From: Octopus vulgaris
Taxonomy: Eukaryota
DNA length: 64,000 bases
Assembly (NCBI GenBank): GCA_951406725.2
Contig: OX597822.1
Location: 25,172,001 to 25,236,000, forward strand
Direction: 5' to 3'
Numbering within the stretch: the first letter of the stretch is position 1; each line of letters begins with the position of its first letter. The position numbers were made by a program, and so were the translations under genes. Below, one piece after another: positions 56,325 to 64,000 of this stretch. The notes beneath the pieces are model-generated. The model ran no database searches, was not told the origin of the DNA, and saw nothing but the letters and a program-made list of their open reading frames with translations.

Positions 56325-57479
56325 TAGTTTGAGCCGGTACATATCAAGTGTTTACAGTTGAAAAGTTTATAGAGATTGGCAAATAGGAGGGTCTTTTGTC
56401 ACACAATGTATTTAGAATTTTGACCGGAACTATATATAATTCAGTACCAGATATTTGCTCAGAAAAACCAATACCTAACACCCCCTCTCTCACGCTCTCT
56501 CTTTCTTTTTTTTCTCCTTCCGTCTCTCTCTCTCTTACACTTTCGCTGACACTCGTTCCCTTTTCTCTGTGTTTGTCTTTATCTATCCATCTATCCCTCT
56601 CACCCGGTCTTTGAAAATTATTAATTCTGCCACAACTCTTTATAATTATTTTCATTATACGTATTTCAAAATCCATTTAGAATACAATAATATATCTCTT
56701 ATCAGAAGCAATTTAACTCTTTTTCCTTCACGAACAGGCACCAGTCCGTCTAAATTTTCATCCTATCCGGCCTGTCTTTCGCACGGCACCTACATGTCTA
56801 CCATTTTGTCCCGTGTCGGTCACGCCATTTTGATTTTTGTCTGACCTGCTAACGTTTATTTCCTTCACTTGTTACCAATTCGCGCCGGCTAATCCTTTCG
56901 TCTAGTTCCAATAGCGAATCAAAAACCATTTTCTACCAGTCATTATAAGACAATCGAATAAATATTCCCGAAACAATTATTTTGTTTTTCAGTTAACAAC
57001 ACACTCTCTGTTATTTGACCTTATTTTCTGTTGTTGTTGGGCACTGGAAAAGGGGGGAGCCCTAAATGTTCCGGAAGCTAGAAAATCTCTTCCAGGTCAG
57101 ACGATTCAAAATTATCTTGCTTGCTTTGTTAATAATTGACAATTAAAGTCTACTTTGTTGCCGGTGTTGTTGAAGTTTTTGTTGTTATCGTTGCTATATC
57201 ATCTGCTGTTGTTGCCGATGTGGTTATTGTGTAGGAGAACACATTTGCATACATGTATACATGCACACATACTTACACACAACCATAAAAATATACATAC
57301 ATACATACATACATACATACATACATACATACATACATACATACATAGATGCTTACATACATAGATGCGTACATACATCTGTACACACACATACGTGCAC
57401 ACATACACTCGAAATAAAGCCATCACCGGCTGACAAGCTGTGTAGGGGACAAACACAAGAACACGGGCATAATCTCACA

Positions 57480-57602
<123 letters not shown>

Positions 57603-57637
57603 AATAATCTATCTATCCGTCTATCTATGAATATATC

Positions 57638-57953
57638 TATTCTTTTTATTTGTTTCAGTCATTTGACTGCGGCCATGCTGGAGCACTGCCTTTAAACGAA
57701 AAAACCGACCCCATGACTTATTCTTTGTAAGCCTAGTACTTATTCTATCGGCCTCTTTTGCCGAACCGCTAAGTTACGGGGATGTAAACACACACACATA
57801 AATATATATACGACGGGCTTCTTTCAGTTTCTGTCTACCAAATCCACTCACAGGTCTTTGGTAGACCCGAAGCTATAGTAGATGACACTTGCCCAAAGTG
57901 CCACGCAGTGGGACTGAAACTAGGACCATGTGGTTGGTAAGCAAGCTACTTAC
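57638..57953 (-). mobile_element. SINE family B with internal deletion, abutting the RTE fragment
   Basis: TTTCAGTCATTTGACTGCGGCCATGCTGGAGC...GCCACGCAGTGGGACTGAA...GGTAAGCAAGCTACTTACC. Confidence 0.85.
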
Positions 57954-58735
57954 CGCTTCAGAACCGCAGGTAAGGTTTTTGATGTTCAAAGGCTTAATGT
58001 GAAGTCGAAGACCCTCCCGGCCATTGTTCCTGAGTTCCTTTTTGCTGATGATGTAGTTCTCGTTGCTCACACCGAGGAGGGCAAGCAGGCTATATTTGAT
58101 CTCTTCTCTAGAGCTTGAATTGCTTTTGGACTTTCCATCAGTCCACAGAAAATAAAGATCGTGTTCTCTCAGCCACCATTCCACCCTTATGTGGAACCTA
58201 ACATATTCACCCAAGGTACAAGATTAAATGTGGTCGACTCCTTCATCTACCTTGGCAGCACTCTCTCTAGAGATGGATCCCTTGATTCTGAAATAAACCT
58301 AAGAATTGAAAAAGCCAGCAAAGCATTTGGAAGGCTTGAAAATCGCATGTGGTTTGATAGAGGTATCAACTTCAAAACCAAGCTTAGTATCTATGAATCT
58401 TGCATTTTAACGGTCCACCTGTACTCTTCTGAGACCTGGACGACATATCGGCGCCACATTAAGGCATTAGAAAGATTCCATCAGACTTGCCTAAGGAAGA
58501 TACTAGATTTCAAATAGAAGTCTTTAACACCAGGCACCGTTGTTCTTCATCAAGCTAACACATCCAGTATTGAAATGATCCGCATACACAATTAGATGCG
58601 TTGGGTTGGACACCTTGCTAGGATGCAGGATGGCAGGTTGCCGAAGCAGTTGTTTTACGGGGAGTTGCAGCGTCCGAGACATAAACCTAAGAAACGTTTT
58701 AGGGATGCTGTCAAAAGCAACCTTAAGGCTCTTTA
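57951..58735 (+). mobile_element. RTE-clade (BovB-like) LINE fragment: RT C-terminal half
   Basis: EFLFADD; FIYLGSTLS..GSLDSEINLRIEKASKAFGRL; LYSSETWTTY; LERFHQTCLRKIL; MRWVGHLARMQDGRLPKQLFYGEL; in-frame stops. Confidence 0.92.
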
Positions 58736-58769
58736 TGATAGTTGTTTTTGACAGTAATTTTATTCACCT

Positions 58770-58986
58770 GTAATTTTATTCAGCTGAATACACGTCATTG
58801 ATTGGCTGAAATTACCGAAACACGACAACTTGAACACGAAATAACTTCGTAAATATAAACTTTTCTTAAAAACGCTAAGAGTAAAAGATGTTTTATATGA
58901 CACATTCTACCAGTATACGAAGTTTGAAGGTGTTTAGTTACAAAAAAATTAATTTCTCGATCTGCCGGTCTAAAGGTAAAGATCCC
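58770..58986. mobile_element. Right arm of a MITE related to 16785-17395
   Basis: TTCAGCTGAATACACGTCATTGATTGG..AAATTA..GACAACTT...ATAACTTC...TGTTTAG...AAAGATCC. Confidence 0.6.
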
Positions 58987-59196
58987 AATTATGATTTAAT
59001 TTTTTTTTTTTGAAAATTAGTAATCGTTTCATTTCATGTTAGTATCATGTAATTAAAAAAAAAAGAAACTAGAATTATAAATGTTGTAGCCATACAGCGT
59101 TACTACACACTACTCAGACTTGCAATTGTATATTCCCAACGTGAAACGTCAAATGGCAACCTTCTAGTGTTTCTAATGTAACAAATCTAACATGAC

Positions 59197-59390
59197 TGCG
59201 AGCTGGCAACATCGTTAACTCGTTGGATAAAAATATATAACGGCATTTCGTTAGTCTTTACTATCTGTGTTCGAATTCATCCGAGGTCGGCCTTACTTTT
59301 TTTTTAATGCTTTGGAGGTCAATTAAATCAGTGCCAGTCAAGCAATGCGATCGAAATTGGTGGTTCTATGCCAAAACTTGAAACCAATAT
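59197..59390 (+). mobile_element. SINE family C, diverged
   Basis: GCGAGCTGGCAACATCGTTAA...GTTCGAATTCATCCGAGGTCGG...GCCAAAACTTGAAACCAAT. Confidence 0.6.
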
Positions 59391-59647
59391 AATTAATTTA
59401 ATAGGATTTACGAAGTTTTTTCTAACTATGGATGTTCGTAAGTTGTATGCCTCTAACGTGAGGACTATCTCTATAAACGTACACACACACACACGCACAC
59501 ACACACACACACATACACAGAGTCCTATGTTTTTGAATGTAAGTGGCACTAGTACCAGAATAGGTAGGGTAATAATATAGTGCGCGAATTAATTTCACCA
59601 TTTTGAAAAATGTACATACGCATATATTCATCACTCTACGAACATAC

Positions 59648-59691
<44 letters not shown>

Positions 59692-60223
59692 ATACACTCG
59701 CGCTGCGCGCACACACACACATGGGCTCGCTCATAGACATACAAGACTGAAGTACGGAAGCAAACGAGAGGAAAAGGTTAGAAGCGGGTGAGTTGGTGAA
59801 GTTAAATCTCCCACTACCCTACCACCATAGAAAAAATGCTGCTGAACAACGGTCAAGAGATGACCCCATTCAAATAGGACGCAGAGTGTCCGCTGGACTA
59901 TCCCTCTGCAAAGTCTACTAAAAGCTAAGCATAAGAATAGGTGGAAAGGCATCATGTCGGTTATGTTGGTAATAGAGGTATCTATAAGGTGGTGGGTAGA
60001 TCAGGTGTGAGCCTTGGAAGAACTACTGCTTGAGGTAGTGCTAACTCGACACTGGCAGGGTATTGATAAATCCTGGTTGGGCTGCCCGAATACTGTGCCT
60101 CATGTTGAAAGATATATATATATATATTTGCGTATGTATATGTGATTGTACATATGCCTATGCATATATGCATGTATACAGCATATATACATACATACAT
60201 GTATGTATGTATGTATGTATGTT

Positions 60224-60259
<36 letters not shown>

Positions 60260-60266
<7 letters not shown>

Positions 60267-60562
60267 ATCACGTGACCGACCAGACCATCAGATGTTGTTA
60301 CACATCGCTGGTCACAATGCGTTCGCATTGTTTTGGTTTCGAATGACGCCACCCCGCTGGCTAAGCGAGCAGGCCAACAGAAGAAAGAGTGGGAGAAAGA
60401 GTGGTGAAAGAGTACAGCAGGGATCACCACGCCCTGCCGGAGATTCGTGGAGCTTTTAGGTGTTTTCGCTCAAGAAACACTCACAACACCCGGTCTGGAA
60501 ATCGACACTGCGATCCTACGACCGCTAGTCCGCTGCCCTAACCACTGGGCCATTGCGCCTCC
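60260..60562 (-). mobile_element. SINE family A, full length, tail type 1, in (TA)n
   Basis: Collinear with 31519-31819. Confidence 0.9.
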
Positions 60563-60564
60563 AC

Positions 60565-60602
<38 letters not shown>

Positions 60603-60603
<1 letters not shown>

Positions 60604-61139
60604 GCTTTGGGTGTGTCCCCATTGTGGGTGATATCATGCCGCCCTACATCTTTGAAAAGGGACTCAATTCAGGCGGTTATGTGAAGATGCTGGAATGTCA
60701 AATGTGGCAGCTGGAAGATCAAATACAGCTCATTTCTATAGATAAGGGTAAAGTCAGAATTGGTTGTCGGAAAATTCCTACGACTTCACCAGCCACAATG
60801 TCTGGCTTCCTCAACTCCTCGACTTCCCAACCTTCCCGATTGTAATCCCACGGATTACTATGTGTGGTGCAAGGTTGCAACACAAAGGCCGAGTTGGTGA
60901 CCACCATCAAGGAGCTATTCGAAGAAATTCCTAGGGACTCACTAAGGAACGCATGCACCACATCCCGAAGGTCTCTTGAGGCTGTGAAGGGAGTGGAGGG
61001 CGGCTGCTTTGAGTAAACTGTTATTTCTCAACCATTATCTAGTTAATTTTTTAAAAAATACTTCTATTTTTGTATGAGTTCTTGTATTGTGTTCTCTTTT
61101 CCACATATACTAATTATTAAATTTAGTTCTAATACACTG
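60603..61139 (+). mobile_element. Remnant of a Tc1/mariner-superfamily (probably maT/DD37D) transposon, 3' part
   Basis: GDIMPPYIFEKG; SQNWLSEN; PDCNPTDYYVW; NTKAELVTTIKELF...LEAV...GGCFE*; ends CACTG|TA. Confidence 0.6.
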
Positions 61140-61167
61140 TACATACATACATACATACATACATACA

Positions 61168-61198
<31 letters not shown>

Positions 61199-61292
61199 CT
61201 TTTGAATTCATTAATGGGAAACGTTTTGAATATGCAAATAAAGCTCCTAATCTATTATGCCGGTCACCGTCTACTGTTACTGACTGGTGAAC

Positions 61293-61388
<96 letters not shown>

Positions 61389-61761
61389 ACATGTATGTAT
61401 AGCCTTTATGATAATAAATGAACCAGTAGGGAATTAAATAATACCATCGGATATTCAATACCTTCAGCAACGTCTATTGTCTAATCTCTTTTGTATTATC
61501 CAGTGATATGTTCAGAAACGTTAAACCTCTGGGGAATAGCCATTCTTTATTCTGACTTTTGCATACTGGATTCTCACAGCTTGGACATCAATATCTAATT
61601 ATGGCCGTGAATTAGAAGACTGTGCGTTATAGGCTATTAAAAAGTTTAGAAAGCCTGGCTCAGTGATTTGATTAGTTGCATTGTATGTGGTCTATTTTGA
61701 TCAACATTTACCAAATACTTAAGATACATCCAGCCGCACACACACACGCACACGCACACAC

Positions 61762-61807
<46 letters not shown>

Positions 61808-61862
61808 TGACACACTGCCCATTCAACCTCACCAGCACGAATACTCACCTATATATAACAAG

Positions 61863-62403
61863 TACGTGGTGCGTTCCAGAACTTTTGAGACTTTTTTTTT
61901 ACGCGAGTCAGCTATAACTGTTTTAGTTTTAGTATGTCTTTAATAAACAACTAATAAACTGATCTCCCAACATTTTTTTGTATTCCAGACTGAAGGAGAC
62001 GGCTGTAACATCACTTTGCACAAGCCCTGCTAAACACTGCTTGTTACGGCCTACAAAACACTTCTTGAAACCATTCCATCCCGGTAACCAACTGCTTGAC
62101 AGAGATGGACGTCAAAAACTCTCCCTCATTCTCCCTATAGTCTAGTCCTGGCTTCCTGTGATTTTTGGTTGTTTCCCAAGCTAAAGGAGAACGTCTGGGG
62201 CAGTCGTTTTGAAAACGTTGAGAAGAGAGAGCCTATGACAAGGGTCCTGGACACCTTCATTTTCATGGAGTCATCACAAAGTGATTGGAGCGCGACAAAT
62301 GCATTGAAATCAGAGGATCCTACTTTGAAGAAGACTAGAGTTTTGAACTTTGGAATTGATTAAATGTCTGTCCTGAAAACGTCTTAAGCAATATGGAATG
62401 CAA
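61863..62403 (+). mobile_element. Deleted mariner remnant
   Basis: PHSPYSLVLASCDFWLFPKLKE..GSRF is a degenerate YSPDLAPCDF motif; weak terminal inverted repeats. Confidence 0.6.
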
Positions 62404-62486
62404 TATATAAAATTCTTATTAGTGATAAACCAATTATAATGAGGTGGCTAGCAAGACTTCTACCTAAGCAGGTATAGTATGAAATA

Positions 62487-62651
62487 TTTGAATAAAAGAA
62501 GGGTAAAAGATTCCGCTTGCTAAAGATGAAAGCGAGAGCTTCAAAAACCACATATACTACGATGAATACACGTATTTATCGTAGTATTTGTGGTTTTTGA
62601 AGCTCTCGCTTTCATCTTTGGCAAGCGGTATTTTTACCCTTCTTTTATTCA

Positions 62652-62653
<2 letters not shown>
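62487..62653. repeat. Near-perfect hairpin with ~82-bp arms; right end abuts (TA)n
   Basis: AAAGATGAAAGCGAGAGCTTCAAAAACCACA / TGTGGTTTTTGAAGCTCTCGCTTTCATCTTT; centre AATAC-AC-GTATT. Confidence 0.92.
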
Positions 62654-62717
<64 letters not shown>

Positions 62718-62777
62718 ATATAAATAAGGATAAGATCGTTAATTTAAAACATAATAACGATTTTATCAATTTTAATA

Positions 62778-62811
<34 letters not shown>

Positions 62812-62833
62812 GTTTGAATATATATATATATTC

Positions 62834-62907
<74 letters not shown>

Positions 62908-62930
62908 AATATATATATATATATGTATAT

Positions 62931-63500
62931 AGGGAGAATTCACAAAAAATAAAACAAAAGACAGGTGGTGTAGATAACAAACAGATGTATTAGCATAACG
63001 CTCGGGAAGTGAAAAAGTTTTTAACGTTTCGAGCCTAAGCTCTTCCACAGACAGGGACACAGAAAGAAACAAGGAGAGAAAATAAAGAATGTGTAGTGGC
63101 TAGCGATCTATCATGGCGAAGGCCGGACAGAAGGGTCACACAGGAGAGCTAGGGAGAAGGGGAGATAACAAAGTGGTGGTGATTCCAAAATGAAGGTGTG
63201 TGTGCGTGTGTATAAGAGAGTTTGTATGTGCGTGTTGAAGAGGGCTGGTGACCTTAACGTGTGCATGTGCGTATGTGTAGGTGTGAAAATGTGGGTCTGG
63301 GAAGTGGTCAGGATATTATATTTCCAAGGAACGAGGTGTAAGAAGAAAGTTAGCTTCAAGCAATCCGTAGTAAATATTAAAAAAAAACCCATCTTTCTGG
63401 GACAATAGTGGATTATTGAGACGGAAAGTCAGGTCAAGGGTATTTTGATTTTCATTCAATCAAGATACCTTTGGCCTGACAAGTAACCTGCAATATACAC
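62931..63500 (-). mobile_element. Putative Penelope-like fragment with hammerhead-like motif (63018-63052)
   Basis: Reverse complement CTGTGGA-A-GAGC-TTAG-GCTC-GAAACGT-T-AAAAAC; longest copy of the 8699/35120 family; starts at (TA)n. Confidence 0.6.
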
Positions 63501-63586
63501 TTCGCTTGGATATCTACCACTTCTGAGTTTCTGTTCGCTATGAAGTATATGTTGCTCGGATCTTATCTACTCCATTTCTTAACTCT

Positions 63587-63712
<126 letters not shown>

Positions 63713-63890
63713 CATGTGTGAGCGTGAGCGTATTGTGAGTGCGTGTAACATTTATGTATGTATGTATATATATATAGATAAAAAAATATATATATATATA
63801 CACCTACACACGAGTACACACAATAGTAATTATTATTATATGCGTATATATATATATATATATATCTGTATATATACGTACACATAAATA

Positions 63891-63928
<38 letters not shown>

Positions 63929-64000
63929 AATATTCTTTTTAATACAGGTATAAGGCCTGCTCAACTACTAATTATTTTATCAACCCCGAAAGAATGAAAG

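Noticed and set aside
56690-56910. CpG-richer island with an acceptor-like TTCCTTCACGAACAG and a YY1-like CGCCATTTT
   Set aside because: No supportable reading frame or donor site; the motifs are too short to call.

Overview
AT-rich eukaryotic (animal) intergenic or intronic DNA with no convincing host protein-coding exon. Almost all ORFs in the track are translations of microsatellites: (TA)n, (CA)n, (TATG)n, (ATCT)n and (AAT)n. The extreme microsatellite density and the tRNA-derived SINE families suggest an octopod cephalopod genome (inference). Recognisable mobile DNA includes at least four tRNA-headed SINE families with interchangeable tails, an internally deleted Ty3/Gypsy element with an intact 5' LTR, a full-length degenerate DD34D mariner, an internally deleted Tc1, maT and mariner remnants, a 611-bp fold-back MITE and two Helitron-like elements. 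Fragments of RTE, R4/Dong, HERO-like and Tx1/L1 non-LTR retrotransposons and a 31-bp minisatellite are also present. The most interesting signals are: (i) minimal hammerhead-ribozyme motifs, one near-canonical at 19940-19978 inside a ~50-bp inverted repeat and five copies of a second family, probably Penelope-like pLTRs; (ii) six unrelated near-perfect hairpins, each anchored at one end on a (TA)n tract; (iii) a Tx1-like LINE associated with (ATCT)n whose 3' tail is shared with a SINE; (iv) retroelements partitioned among different microsatellite types. Boundaries were read by eye and most are approximate.
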